Shown here: positions 40,601 through 54,675 of the stretch, in pieces
Numbering within the stretch: the first letter of the stretch is position 1
How the letters are laid out: every line of letters begins with the position of its first letter
From: Malacoraja senta
Taxonomy: Eukaryota
Length of the DNA stretch: 64,000 bases
Assembly (NCBI GenBank): GCA_038087875.1
Contig: CM075989.1
Span: forward strand, 1,302,001-1,366,000
Direction of reading: 5' to 3'
The notes under the pieces: generated by a model
What the model was told of the DNA's origin: nothing
Seen by the model: only the letters and a program-made list of their open reading frames with translations
The model's database searches: none
Translations under genes and position numbers: made by a program

Positions 40601-42208
40601 CATTTAGTTTTCTTTATTTTGCATTTTATTTGCTTTTAACCATTTTACAATTGGTTAAAGTTTAATTGAATTTATTATTGTTTTCTTTTTAACAATTTTA
40701 TAGGATGGCGCAACTGGTAGAGCTGCTGCCTCACGGTGCCGGGGGTCCCGGTCCTGACCTCGGGTGCTGTCTGTGTGGAGTTTGTACGTTCTCCCTGTGA
40801 CCACGTGGGATTCCACTGTGTTCTCTGGTTTCCTCCCACATCCCAAAGATGTGCAGATCTGTCGGTTAATTGGCCTTTGTAAATTCCCCCCCAGTGTGTA
40901 GGGAGTGGATGAGAAAGTGGGATAACATGGAACTTGTGTGGATGGATGATCGATGGTTGGCATGGACTCAGTGGGCTGAAGGGCCTGTTTACCTTCTGTA
41001 TCTCTAAACTCTAAACTAAACCAAACTCTTACCTCTTCTAAACAATAGTCATGTTTTAAATGTATTTAAATCCATTTTAAAGCAGGGAAGGACATGGGTT
41101 TATGATGAGGGGGGAAGATTAAATAGGAACCTGAGGGGTAAGTCTTGGTGGTGGGTGTATGGAAGGAGCTTACCAGAGGAGGTAGTTGGAGCAGGTATTA
41201 TCGCCAGGTTTAAGAAACATTTAGACAGGTACATGGATACGACAGGTTTAGACAATAGACAATAGACAATAGGTGCAGGAGTAGGCCATTCAGCCCTTCG
41301 AGCCTGCACCACCATTCACTGTGAACATGGCTGATCATCCACAATCAGTACCTCATTCCTGCCTTCTCCCCATATCCCCTGACTCGGCTTTCACTAAGAG
41401 CTTTATTTAACTCTCTCTTGAAAGCATCCAGAGAACCAGCTTCCACCGCCTTGTGAGGCAGAGAATTCCACCGACTTACAGTTCTCTGTGTGAAAAGGTT
41501 TTTCCTCATCTCCGTTCTAAATGGCTTACCCCTTATTCTTAAACTGTGGCCCTTGGTTCTGAGGAATATGGGCCAAATGCAGGCAGGTGGGACGAGTGTA
41601 GATGGGACATGATGGCTGGTGAGGACAAGTTGGTCCGAAGGGCCTGTTTCCATGCTGTATCACTCTGTGACTCATGAGGGTGTCACAGGTTATGGGGAGA
41701 AGGCAGAAGAATGGGGTTAGGAGGGAGAGACAGATCAGCCATGCTTGAATGGCAGAGTAGACTTGATGGGCCGAATGGCCTTTCTACTCCTATCACTTAT
41801 GATCTTATGACTCAATGAGTCTAAGTGCCTCTGTCAGCAGTAGGGTGGTGGGGGGGGGGGGGAGCATCAGCTCAACTTCCTGGGTCCTGAGGCCAGACTG
41901 CCACTTGGCCCCTTGAGGAGAGGTAGGGCATTGGAGACCCTAGTATAGTGGGTGGGGTCACGTCATGGCAGTGCAGTCATGTGGGACCTGGCATGGTGAG
42001 GGGTGGTGGACTGTTAGACCCACCCTGACCCAAACCATGAAACCCTCGCTCAGAGCGTGCGGGCTGGTGGCACTGGGGCAATACCAGCCTCACCAACGAT
42101 GCCCACTGCATCACTGGATCCAGTAAGGAGAAGCAAACAGCATTAAAACTGCTGAACCAAGCTGCAAAGGTCCACGCGAGTCATTGATCAATTCTTTGTC
42201 TTGAGCAG

Positions 42209-42363
42209 GGTCTGCAGATCGGAACCAGGGAGTTGGAGGAGATGGGAGGCAAGTTCTGCACGGCACTGCTGAAGTTGTCACCCAACATGCCACTGATGTG
42301 CCAGGACGCTGCCCTGCTCAATCTGGATAGCGAGCTGAACAATAACAAGAACTTATCATGCAA
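42209..42363 (+). CDS. AGBL1: Internal coding exon of cytosolic carboxypeptidase, 155 bp, phase 0 to 2
   Basis: ttctttgtcttgagcag| acceptor and |gtaagt donor. Translates GLQIGTRELEEMGGKFCTALLKL..., the conserved post-catalytic CCP1/CCP4 segment. Not present in the supplied ORF track. Confidence 0.85.
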
Positions 42364-42974
42364 GTAAGTCAGGGTTGTTCATTGTACAGTTATGGAATGA
42401 TTTATAATGTTCATTGTCAGTGAAGGACTCATAGAGCTATACAGCACGGAAACAGATCAATCAGCCAACCTTGACCATGTTGACCCAGTTGGCACAGTGT
42501 GCTGGTCCCGCTTGCTGCATTAAGCCCGTAGCTCACTAAAGCCTATATTCTATAAACCCTCAATCTCTGTTCCTGTCCACATTTATTTTAAAAGTTGAAA
42601 TTGTATCTACTTATAATGCTTCATTTGTCACCTCGACCAGATGAGGACTACCCTCTGAATGCAAAGGTTGCTCCTGAGGTCCCTCTCACTCCCCTCACCT
42701 TGAGCCTATGTCCTCTAGTTTTAGAATTCTCCACCTAACTTGTATATGTGATTTTCCTGGTAACTACAGTACATATTCAATATTTGAGAAACATATCCAG
42801 TACCCACTAGGACAGGATGGAGGGGGAGAGAAGATGATGTACAGCAGTGAGCAGTGAGTGGACGCAGTCAGACCTGGTGTTTGGATTGTAAAGGAGGTCC
42901 AACATTGTGAGAGAGAATGGTAGATGTAGCACAGAGACTGATGGGATGGAACCCCCAGGCCCAGGCACCCCCAG

Positions 42975-43975
42975 GGTCAGCCAAACCCAAACTCAGTCAC
43001 AAACTCAGTCCCAGACAAATTCAGACGCAATCTCAGACTCAATCTCAGACAGTCCCAGACTCAATCCCAGACTCTCTCATGGGCCTGTCCCACTTGGGCG
43101 ATTTTTCAGGCGACTGCCGGCGACTGTCAAGTTGCCGTCAGTCGCCTGAAAAACCGGCAACTGGAACGGTGACTGTCAGAGTGGAACACACACACACACA
43201 CACAAACACATCGCTTCCTTCACCAGCCCGTTATGCAGGTGGGGAACAGGGCAAGCGGGGGGGAGCGCTGTCTGAGTGAAATCCACACGGTGCAAAGCCA
43301 AGGTGTTACAGACACAACAGGATGGCGTTGTAAGCACATTGTACAGTAAGTCTTTTAAAAGAGGGGGGGAGGGGGGTAGGAGAGGGGGGAGAAGAGGGGA
43401 GAAGGAGTGGAGACAACTTTTAAGAAGCCAGAGATACATGGCTGTGAAGCTCGGCAGGCATTAATATTACTGGTCGGTTATCCTTGGTTCTGAAAACGAC
43501 TTTTTATGGGGGGTTTTTCCCAATGAGCCAATGAAATTCACCGGTCAGCACTGGCTACAACCTACGAGAACCTTTGACCTCCTGGCGACCCACCTACGGC
43601 ACGAGAATTCTCGTTACTCTCCATGGCGGCTTCATTCTAGTCGCCGCTAATTTGTCAACATGTTTAAAAATTCACGGCGACCATAATGAGGCCGTGACCA
43701 GTTCCCAGAATACGGGAACTACTCACGACCATGAAGGCGACTCCCCGGCAACCACCCACGGACATGTGATGACCGCATAGTCTCCTAAACAGTCGCCTAA
43801 GTGGGACAGGCCCATATGTTTCAGACTCAGTGCCAGACGAAGTTCCAGACTCAATCGCAGAATCAATCTCACTTTGTCTCAGACTCAGACCCAGGCAGCC
43901 CCAGACTTAGACAGTCCCAGACCCAGACTCAGACAGTCCCAGACTCAGTCCCAGACTCAGACAGTCCCGATCTCA
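42975..43975. repeat. (CAGACT/CAGTCC)n-type tandem repeat split by a MITE
   Basis: Repeat units at 42975-43079 and 43820-43975. Confidence 0.8.
43080..43814. mobile_element. PIF/Harbinger-type MITE related to 508-1339, opposite orientation
   Basis: TIRs tgggcctgtcccactt / aagtgggacaggccca. Shares internal blocks (CA tract, purine-rich tract) with the 508 element. TSD is imperfect. Confidence 0.75.
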
Positions 43976-46422
43976 GCCACCATCTTTCGGTGCATACAAG
44001 TGTTTATTTACCGTAGAACCGTCATTGCAAAATACAACCTGTCTCTCCCTCCAGAAACCAGAAATTAATCTGATTTTTGTTTAGTAGGTAAACTGGCATA
44101 AGGAGCTGACAGTTGAATCTTGTATTCAGCATTGTTGCCAATACTGTGTCCTCCTGACCTATTCAACACTTAAAGCAGAGTTTGCTGTAAATTCACTTTG
44201 CACTAACGCTGAACCCACTCACCTACAGACCTACACAGTCTACCTCCCAGAGGTGTCGGTTGTGTACAGCAGAGCCCAGACGGCTCTTGCAACATGGGGT
44301 GTAACCTGCTCCACACAATGCACTGTCGATAGCTTGTGTATCTGTACAATTGCCTCAGCTATTACAGTAGCTACGAGCCACATGTGCCTCATTCAAATGT
44401 GGCTAATTAGATTTTTGATTAGAAAATAAAAGTGAAGTAGGAGATGTCTTTGGAGAGCCATTGATGAAATGTGCATGCTCGCTAATTCAGTGTCTGTTGT
44501 AAAACAATTGGATGGTAGATTTTTAATTGTTCTGTTGTGATTTTTATTTCCTTGGATTCTAGTTATTGACTCTTTACTTAAATAATGTAATAATGTGCAG
44601 GGTGGGTGAAAATCACAGCCCTCCCGTCCACGGGACTAACATTGGTCCAGCAGTCAGAATGACCACTCAGGGTCAGCAATGGACCAATGACCCAGTTACT
44701 GGAGAGAGGCAGCACGGTATGGTGGCGCAGTGGTAGAGTTGCTGCCTTACAGTGTCGGAGACCCGGGTACCATCCTGACCACAGGTGCTGTCTGTACGCC
44801 CCGTGACCATGTGGGTTGTATCCGGGTGCTCCGGTTTCTTTCCACACTCCAAAGACGTGCAGGTTTGTAGGTTAATTGGCTTTTGTAACATAAAATTGTC
44901 CCTAGTGTGTGTAGGGTAGTGTTAGTGTGCGGGGATCTCTGGTCGGCATGGACGCGGTGGGCCGAAGGGCCTGTTTCCGAGCTGTATCTCTATACTAAAC
45001 TAAACTAAACTAAGCAGCAGCTGGCCAGCTGGGCACAGGCCCAATACCGGCCGGCCGTGTTGTCCGTGGTGATGGAGGCCTGGGTCTGAGTGAATGGAGA
45101 GCGGTCACAGTGCAACTGTGAGACTAAACCAAAACAAAGACACAAAGTGCTGGAGGTCAAGCGGAGAACATGGAGAGGTGAAGTTTCAGGTCTGGACCCT
45201 TCACTGACAGCCTGACCCGCTGAGCAGTTTGTGTCTTTTTTTCTAAACCAGCATCTGCAGATCCTTGTTTCTACACTAAATATCAAGTTGCCCAATGTCT
45301 GCTTCATTGACCAGGAATGAGTGGGTTAACATATGATGAGCGTTTGACAGCTGGAGTTTAGAAGGATGAAGGGGTACCTCATTGAAACTTACCGAATAGT
45401 GAAAGGCCTCGATACAGTGGATGTGGAGAGGATGTTTCCACTAGTGGGAGAGTCTAGGACCAGAGGTCACAGTCTCAGAATTAAAGGACGTTGCTTTTTG
45501 GAAGGAGATGAGGAGGAATTTCTGTAGTGAATCTGTGGAATAATCTGCCGCAGGCGGCCGTGGAGGCCAAGTCAATGGATATTTTTAAAGTGGAAATAGA
45601 TAGATAGATTCTTGATTAGTATGGATGTCTGCGGTTATGAGAACAAAGGCCATTTATAGTCACATACACCAATTGGTGCAGTAAAATGTGAGTATACAAC
45701 AGTAGTATAACAACATTATAGAATTTAACATTAAGCATAAAAACATAACAATATCCCCCACAGCGGAATCAACGTTTCCCATTGTGAGTGAAGGCAACAA
45801 AGTTCAGGCCTCTTCCTCTGTGTTCACCCATGGTCGAGGCCTATTGAGGCCTCCACAGTCGCCGCAACGGCGGCCCGAGGTTTCAGACCTCTCGCCGGAT
45901 GTTGGAACTCCGGCATCGGAAGAACACTCTCAGCGGCTTGGAGTTTCCGAATCGGCCGTGGCTCCCGAAGTCCACAGGCCGAGCTGGGTGGAACTCCAAC
46001 GCTGGCGACCTTGGCGAAAGATCACAGGGCTTCGCGATGTTAAAGTCAGCTCCGCCCGCGGCTGGAAGCTCCGCAGACCAGAGCTCCACGGTGTACAAGT
46101 CGTCAGTCCCAGCACTCCGGAGTTCCAACACGACGACTCCCGGTAAGGCATCGCCCGCTCCGCGATGGTACTTCAGTGCTGCACCGCTGCTGAAGCTGAA
46201 ACTCGAGCCGGTCTCCGGCAGGAAAGGCCGTGCCAATCCAGATGGTAGGGGCAAAGATGCGGCTCGGAGGAAAGACGCATCCTCGACCAGTTAGTGACTG
46301 TGAAAAACAGTGTCCCCTTCCCCAACCCATCCCCCACATTAAAAAGACAAAAACAATTCTGACAGACTAAAAATTAAAAAAAGGATGAAAGGACGAACAG
46401 CCACAGGCGGGGCTGCCACACT

Positions 46423-47030
46423 CGAAAACCCGGGGGGGGGGAGCCAGAGGGGACACGTCCCCCCCCCCCATGTTTTGAGAGGTGGGGGACATCCCCCCCA
46501 AGTTTTTGTGATCCGTATTTTAAAATCTCCGCTTTCCGCGAGACAGTGGGGGCGGGACTGATGATCGAGGGCGCGATGATTGGAGGAGGGAGGAGTGGGG
46601 GGCCTGAGGATAGAGCGCGGTGATTGGAGGAGGGAGACGTGGCACAGACCTGCACCTCATCCGCAGGCAGTATCGATCGCGGCCAGCTCTCCGGCGCTGT
46701 CCCAAGTGCCCCCCCCCCCCGAGGCTGTGCCCCCAGGCCCACAGCCAGCACAGAGAAACAGCACTAAACCCAGCTCACTCTGCCTGTCCCGCCAGGTGAA
46801 CCTGCCTGGACTTGCGGGAAATATGGCCAGCGCGGAGAAGCAGCGCTGGTATCCCGTCAGCCCAGGCAGGGCTGTAGTTAACCCGGTGAGAAAGGCAGAA
46901 TTGAGCTGCATTAGCGCTGGATTGAGCCTCCGAAGCCACGCGCGCGTGTGTGAGCGTGCGCATGCGCGCGCGGCCGCCAAAAATTGTGTCCCCCATCCCC
47001 TCCATGTTTTGATAGCGAGTTCCGCTCTTG
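46423..47030. mobile_element. hAT-like non-autonomous element, left end clipped
   Basis: Matches 32364-32500 at the left and 1-88 at the right. Confidence 0.7.
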
Positions 47031-48646
47031 GATGGCGCCACATCTCGGAGAAGGCAGGAGAAAGGGGTTTGGAGGGAGAGATAGATCAGCCATGATTGAA
47101 TGGCAGAGTAGACTCGATGGGTTGAATGGCCTAATTGATAACTTTATATATTAGCACCCGATGAGTATCAGTCAGTGACAAGGCTGTGTGATGGAAGGAG
47201 CAGTGAGTTGGTGGTATTTTACAGTTAGTTTCTGATCGAGACCCTTCTTCAGACTGACCCGAAACGTCACCCATTCCTTCTCTCCAGAGATGCTGCCTGT
47301 CCCGCTGAGTTACTCCAGCTTTTTGTGTCTATCTTCGGTTTAAACCAGCATCTGCAGTTCCTTCTTAAACAGTTAGTTTCTGATGTTTATTTGTTTACAT
47401 GGCTCGTGGTATTGCTGCCGATGTTATTGCCTGGTTTACATGGCATTGTGTGGATAACCTGCATGTAGAGCCAGTGACACAAAAACATTGATTACTCTCA
47501 ACCCATCTGATTCAACATGGCAAGTGATATCACAATGCAATTTAAATGGAACACGTTTCATCTCAGCAGCAGCATCGGACTAACTTCAATGGTACATTTG
47601 GGAGGCAATGAGAAGCATTCTGTGATGTTGTTTGAGATTGAATTTTTCTAATAGTTCACAAGCAGGTCAGGTCAATATTTCCTGCCCATTCCAAGCTCCC
47701 TCTGAGCTTCACGACTTGCTAACTTGTTTTAAAGGGCGGTTAAGAGGCAGCTCGAAAGCTTCTGGTCTGGGATTGCAGGTTGGCTGATGTCAAGAGTGTC
47801 TTATTGTCGTAAGTCCCAGACGGAACAATGAGATTCTTACTTGCAACAGCGCAATAGAATATGTAAACATAGTACACTGTAAACAATATAATAAACGAGA
47901 ACAAAAGGTCAGTGTGTGAGTGTGTAGGAAGGAACTCCAGTTGCTGGTTTAAACTGAAGATAGACACAAAATGCTGGAGTAACTCAGCCAGACAGGCAGC
48001 ATCTCTGGAGAGAAGGAATGGGTGAAGTTATGTGTCGAGACCCTTCAACAGACAGAGTCAGGGGAGAGGGAGATACAGGCAACGAGCCAAAGGGGATGGA
48101 GAACAAGGAACATGTAGAACACGAGAAGGTAATAATAAAGCAAACAGAGGTGCAATGTAAACAAGGACAGTCAGGCTGGTCGGTGAATTGGGAAGGGGGG
48201 AGGGATGGAGAGAGAGGGAAAGCAAAGGTTACTTGAAATTGGATGGCATGGTGGCACAGCAGTAGAATTGCTACCATACAAAGCTTGCAGCGCTGGATGG
48301 TACAATGCTTGCAGCGCTAGCATTCTCCCTGTGACCTGCGTGGGTTTTCTCCGAGATCTTTGGTTTCCACGCACACTCCAAAGTTGTACAGGTTTGTTGG
48401 TTAATTGGCTTGGTATAAGTGTAAATAGGAAGATTAAACGAGAACTTACCAGTTTGAAGTTTGATCTTTATTTTATGAGAAGTTGCGATGAGGGATTACG
48501 TGAAGAAGCCCGCCAGCCCGCATGCGTGTCAACCTTCAAAGCAGCGGTGTGAAATCACAGAAAACAGTTGCTGAACTGATTATAGGAAGATTCGAGAACT
48601 AGAAGTACCACATGATCTTTATGAGAAGAGGGTTGGGAGTGGAGGG

Positions 48647-48756
48647 CACGTAATCCCTCATCGTAACTTCTCATAAAATAAAGATCAAACTTCAAACTGG
48701 TAAGTTCTCGTTTAATCTTCCTATTTCACTTCGAAGTCATGTGAGTGACTACGTGA
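48647..48756. repeat. DIRS copy 1 internal complementary region (ICR)
   Basis: 48647-48726 is the reverse complement of the terminus 48423-48502. About 48723-48756 is the reverse complement of the other terminus, about 53277-53309. Confidence 0.92.
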
Positions 48757-48942
48757 TGACTTTAAAGATCTGTGATTTCATGCCGCGAACACGAGTCCAT
48801 GCAACACACTGCATTAGTTGACCAGAAATGATTTGAAAAGATAATGCATTCAGACATGACATAGCTTTAAAACATGCTAGTGCTTTTAATAAAGAAATGA
48901 TAATAATAATAATAGTGATCCCTTACATCCGGGAAAAGCTAA

Positions 48943-49913
48943 TTATTGAACAGAACTTAAAATTGAGTTGGCAAACGAACCCGGCCTGGCAATTGGTTTA
49001 TTATAAATGGTTTGGAAAGTCCGCTCCTTCGACCATCCTGCAGTCACCAGGATGTGGTCCAGCTGAACCTCCATGAACCTCGCTGCTGAAGTTGTTGCAG
49101 CCCTGGTGGAGTGAGATTTAAAAACATCAGTGTCCATTCCTGCACAAGCCAATACATGTCTTAACCACCTGGAGATGGTCTGCACTGATACCCTCTTGTG
49201 TGTTTTTTTATGACTAACAAACATTGCCAGTTCAGTGCCTCTCAGGTTCTTTGTAGCCTTAACATATTGTTGAATATGTGTGACCACACACAATCTATGG
49301 TCCATGGGATTCCAGCTTTAGCCCTAACAGTAGCCCCTGGTCTACTTTGTTTAATTAGCTCATGTACATAAAACGTTATTTTGTTGGTAGAAATAACCAT
49401 TCTGTCCAGCCGCAGCTTATGCAACGACTGGACGCGTTGTGCTGAAACTAGCACCATGAGCATCACTACTTTATATGTGAGCCTGACCAAAGATAGGGAT
49501 GTAGCTGGAGCCCACCGGCGAAGCAAAGTTAATACAATGTTAACATCCCATACCACTGTGTACCTGGGCCTGGGAGGATTAATGTTAAAGATACCCTTCA
49601 TAAATCTGGATATCAGCGGATGAGACCCGACAGAGTGGTGTCCCAATCCCAGCAACAAGTATGATGACAAGGCACTTTTGGCACAGTTAATGGCACTATA
49701 ACTTAATCTTTCGTCAAAGAACAGTTTTGAGAGAAACTCCAAGACATCAGCTATCCGTGCTGTATCGTACGTTATGTTGGAATTAAAACAAAACACTTCC
49801 CATCTCCTGATGTAAGAGATGTACTGCTTCTTGGTGCTATCTCTCCAAGCTGCAGTGATCACGTCCACGGTTCGGTCTGACAATCCGAGCCACAAGAAAG
49901 GTCTTCTCAAAGT
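48943..49913 (-). pseudogene. DIRS copy 1 tyrosine recombinase (frameshift/deletion)
   Basis: SAQRVQSL (catalytic R box) and FKSHSTRAA...AGWS...TFQTIY (H-x-x-R, W, Y) in ORFs 49242..49919 and 48943..49305. Confidence 0.9.
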
Positions 49914-51835
49914 CTGCAAATCAATAAATTGATTCTATCATGCAGAGGGTGGCCTTCCCGAGTCACGGGATGAACCAGCAAATTGTTGTGTTTCGAAATA
50001 ACCATATAAGGCTCTATTATAATTCCCAATATCAGCAGGACCCATGGCTGCGTAGGCCAGTCAGGCACTACCAATATGCCTGAAGCGGAATCTTGCTGGA
50101 GTTTTTGCAAGCACCGACTGATGAGGCAAAATGGAGGAAATGCATAAAAGAACATTCCTCCTCAGTGTAGTGAGAATGCATCTATCGCCACTGCTCCTGG
50201 GTCTGGCTCCCATGCAACATAATTTGGTAACTGGTGATGAGCCTAGATGCAAACAAATCGATATCCGGTGTTCCATACCGAGCAACAATGTCGTTAAATA
50301 CTTTATGATCCAACATCCATTCTGTGTTGTCATTGAATTTGCGTGACCTGGTGTCCACCACCATGTTAAACCTACCTGGCAAGTAGGTAGGTGAAATCCA
50401 AATGCTTTTTTCGATACACCAGTGCCAAATGAGGTTAGCTAAATTATCACAGGATACTGACTTGATTCTACCCATGTGATTAATATATGCCACCGCTGTA
50501 GTGTTGTCAATCTGTAGTTCAACATGCAGATTATGCATATTCCCACAATAAGCTTTTAACCCATAAAATGCCCCCATCATCTCCAGGTAGTTGATACCAT
50601 GTAACTGAAGAATTGATAACTCATGCACATCCCATCTGCCACCGCAACTAGAGATGGTATTAGTAGCTCCCCATCCTTGAGAACTAGCATCAATTTGTAA
50701 TATAACTGAAGGTTTACTGACCAAAATGTTACTGGAGCAATGCCGAATATTGGTCATCCACCATTATAATTCTGATATAGCTTCAGCTGGTAATAGCATA
50801 GGTCTGTTAAAGTGACCTAAATGGTATTTGAGTGCTTGCTCCTTTGCACATTGTAAATTCTGATAATGCAAAGGCCCAAATTGTGCAGCTGGAAAAACAG
50901 CCACTAATTTGCCAATTGCACTAGCCACCTGTTGAATAGATGGCTGATCCATAACAACAAGGTTGTTACAGGTTTCTATTAATTCTAATCTCTTGCCCCA
51001 GGGCAGTCACAGACATATTAATAGAGTTAATGGTAAATCCCAAATAATTAATAACTCTAGTTGGTATCAACTTAGATTTAACTGGATGGATGAGAAACCC
51101 CAACTTCTCAAATATGAGTTTCGTGGCTGAAACAGCTAATTTAGCCAATTTCAGCGTTTTTCCTATGATTAGAATATCATCCAGTTATGCCATAATAATG
51201 TTTTTGAGCTCTGAGCAGCCCAAGCACCGGTTTTAATAATTTGGTAAATAACCTGGGGGCTGATGTTAACCCATTAGGCAACGCTTTAAACTGCCACAGT
51301 TGCCCCATCCAGCTAAATTTCAAATATCTCCGGTGATCCCTGTGAATGGGCACCGAACAGTATGCATCTTTGAGATCGATGCATGCCATAAAGCATCCTT
51401 TGGAAATCAGTTGTTTGACAGTACGAAGTTTTCCATTTTAAAATGTCTATACTGCACATAAGAGTTAAGTTGTGTTAAATCAAGGATGATCCGACATCCT
51501 CCATCTTTCTTTTGTCTAGAGAAAATATTGGAGACGAATTGGTGATGTTCATGACTTGACTTCTCGATTACCCCTTTTGTGTATAATGTGTGAATTTCAG
51601 CTTGTATATCCAAACCTTCTTGTTTGGAATGAACAAATGTCCAGCTTGGTGTATGTTGTGTGGGTGGCATTGAATTGGGAAGAAATTCAATTTGGAACCC
51701 TTGTATACTGTGCAGTATAAATGGATCTGATGTTATCCATCGTCATTCGTGCAAAAACAAGTGTAATCTACCACCAACTTGTAACTGGTCCACACACCCC
51801 ATGTTCCGGAAAGAACCATACCCACCTACCTCCAT
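49907..51835 (-). pseudogene. DIRS copy 1 pol: RT, RNase H and methyltransferase-like domain (fragmented)
   Basis: Fragments GGCRIILDL, IDLKDAY, LPNGLTSAPRLFTK, QIDAS..GWG, INYLE, IDNTTAVAYIN, DIDLFASR and FYAFPPF across several frameshifted ORFs. Confidence 0.88.
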
Positions 51836-51882
51836 GGTTACCGGTGGTCTTATGGTAGGCCCAAAGGCCCCTGATGCGGGTT

Positions 51883-53097
51883 CTATTTCTGTCCTCGAGG
51901 TTTGGAGGGTAGGACTGCTGGAGTGCGCGGATTGCGCATTTTCCATGAGGGCCGGCTTGGGCCTTGGCCTAAAAAATACCTCTGCCCAGAGAAATCAGCT
52001 TTCGAGCTGCCACCAACTTCAGTGAACCACTTACTGCTGATGGAGGCGTAGGGGTGTTGTCGCCGAAACGGTGAAGCTTTGCTCATCGTTGGTGCCTTGA
52101 TTAGCCCAACAGCTTTTGCATCCTCATCCAGGTCTTTTACCTGTTTGGGTAGATCTTCCCCGATCAGAAGATTCGGCGGCTGGACATTGCTGGCCTTACA
52201 TAAGCCTGCAAATTTGGGATTTAATGCAGGTCTGATGGCGTTCTTCCAAAAGCAGTTCATTTCGAAGTGCGCATTGCACACCAACACCAGGGCATCCTGC
52301 TGGACGTCCGATAAGGGCCCGCCATCCATAGATCTGGTAAATGCCGTAATGCCTGAAGCCAGTAATTTTAAAATTCTTTGGAGTTTCATTTCCTGGGCTT
52401 TGATGCCCCCTCCAATGTATCCCCAGAGAGAGCTGTTCACTGCCGGCACTTTCAGGGATGCACAATTTACAGGTGTATGGTATTTGGCAGCCGTTTCAAC
52501 CATCTCCTGTTCCTTTTATAGATGCGACGTGAGGTAGTTGTTGCTGGAAGCCAGCTCTTCTTACATTTGCGAGGGTATCGCAATCCTTGATGCCATGGCA
52601 GGCAATTCTTGAACCTCACTCATGTCATGCATTCCAGTATGTTCCACGGACATACCTCCGAGTTCGGAGTCAGTCATATACTGACCCCGTACACTCCCCT
52701 CCTCAGAGTGGGAGACATTAAGCAGCCCTGGACCAGGCGCAGCCACAGGCACGAAAGGAGACCTGCGCTGATATGTTTCCTTTTCACGGAGCATATCATG
52801 ATGGAGCATCCTTTCCATAAGGTGCTCCATCCGGGATAAACGCCCGAAGATGCTATCCATGTTTGTAGGAGGAGAATCCTCCTGGCCTGACTCGTCTGAG
52901 TCTACAGGCCTATCAGACTTCCTTTTGGCTTTGCTCCCTTTCGGGGTTGCCAAAGTGCTTTGGGCAAGCATCAAGTCTGAAGTCACTGTCAGTGACTCGG
53001 ACGGCGAAATCGACGGTCACCGGCTACCCGAACTCCCGTGGTCCTCCGTAGCCGGTCTCCCCGCGGCCTGTCTGGGTTTCGCCCTGGATTTTTCCAT
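51883..53097 (-). pseudogene. DIRS copy 1 gag-like ORF (single frame, two premature stops)
   Basis: ATG at 53097 (MEKSRAKPRQAA...) is in the same frame as ORFs 52561..52986 and 51883..52503. Homologous to copy 2 gag (PAVN.S.WG.IG, IRPALNPK). Confidence 0.8.
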
Positions 53098-53417
53098 AAT
53101 TCATTCAGCAATTGGAACTCTGTAATGAGAATTTTTCACCAAAAAACTACCTCAGAATAAGTTTGAAACTTACCTGCAGGGTTTTAAACTTACCGCTGGA
53201 GGAGCGACGCTCCTCCCAGCCAGTCGTGCGCCATGCGTTGGACGTATTGACGCGCATGCGGGCTGGCGGTCTTCTTCACGTGGTCACTCACATGACTTCG
53301 AAGTAAAATTGTCCCTCGTGTGTGTAAGATAGTGTTAATGTGGGGAGATCATTGGTCAGTGCGGACTCAGTGGGCCGAAGGATCTGTTTTCACATAGTAT
53401 CTCTAAACTAAACTAAA

Positions 53418-54580
53418 CTAGATGTCAATATTCATACCACTGGGGTGTAAGCTGCCCATGCGAAATATGAGGTACTGTTCCTCCAATTTGCGCTGGGCCT
53501 CACTCTGACAATGGAGGAGGCCCAGGACAGAAAGGTCAGATTGGGAATGGGAGGGGGAGTTAAAGTGCTGAGCAACCGGGAGATTAGATAGGTTAAGGCG
53601 GACTGAGCGGAGGTGTTCAGCGAAATGATCGCCGAGTCTGCGCTCGGTCTCGCCAAGATACAGGAGTCCACACCTGGAACAGCGGATACAATAGATGGGG
53701 TTAGAGGACATGCAAGTGAACCTCTGCCGCATCTGAAAAGACTGTCGGGGTCCTTGGATGGAGTCAAGGGAGGAGGAATAGGGACAGGTGTTGCATCTCC
53801 TGCAGTTGCAGGGGAAATACCTGGGGAGGGGGTGGTTTGGGTGGGAAGGGACGAGTTGACCAGGGAGTTGCAGACGGAATGGTCTCTGCAGAAAGCGGAA
53901 AGGGGTGACGGTGGGAAGATGTGACTTGTGATGGAATGCTTTTGGAGGTGGCAAAAATGCCAGAGGATTATGTGCTGTATACGGCGGCCGATGGGGTAGA
54001 AGGTGAGGACTAGGGGGACTCGGTCCATATTGTGACTCGGGGAGGGGGAGCAAGGGTGGAGCTGCAGGATATCGAGGAGACCCTAGTGAGGGCCTCATCT
54101 ATGATGGAAGAGGGGAACCCCCGTTGCCTAAAGGATGAGGACATCTCCAATGCCCTGGTATGGAACAACTCATTTTGGGGGCAGATGCGGCGTAGATGGA
54201 GGAATTGGGAGTAGGGAATAGAGTCTTTACTAGAAGCAGGGTGGGAAGAAGTGTGGTCTAGATAGCTGTGAGAGTCAGTGGGTTTATAATAAATGTCAGT
54301 CGATAGTCTATCTCCTGTGATGGAGACTGTGAGAACAAAAAATAGTAGGGAGATGTCGGAGATGGTCAAAGTAAATTTGAGTGCAGGATGGAAAATAGAA
54401 GTAAAGTTAATGATGTCAGTGAGTGCTGCATGGGTGCAGGAGGTAGCACCGATGCAGCCGTCAATGTAGTGGAGGTAGAGTTCGGGCCAGTGTACAGGGA
54501 TACATTGAACAGGGATTGTTCAATGTACCCTAAAAAGAGGCAGGCATAGCTGGGGCCCATGCGAGTGCCCATAGCTACGC
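53418..54580 (-). mobile_element. Penelope-like element, RT and GIY-YIG fragment (degenerate)
   Basis: MGTRMGPSYACLF, TDIYYKPTDSHSYL..SSHP...SIPYSQF, IYCIRCSRCGLLYLGET. Further 3' fragments at about 10165-10560, 39660-40015, 48040-48240 and 63060-63390. Confidence 0.88.
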
Positions 54581-54634
54581 CTAGGATTTGGAGCCAGAGT
54601 ACGCCTGGAACAAGGATTGTTTGACGTACCCTAC

Positions 54635-54675
<41 letters not shown>

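Larger units (their letters stand above)
48423..53309 (-). mobile_element. DIRS1-type tyrosine-recombinase retrotransposon, copy 1 (full length, degenerate), inserted in a SINE
   Basis: gag, RT/RNaseH/MT and YR remnants. Inverted repeats at about 48497-48533 and 53247-53281. Internal complementary region (ICR) 48647-48756 is complementary to both termini. The host SINE resumes after 53309. Confidence 0.93.

Noticed and set aside
42975..43975. Short repeated units that might suggest a CRISPR array
   Set aside because: Degenerate hexamer tandem repeat with no unique spacers and no cas genes, in a eukaryotic context.
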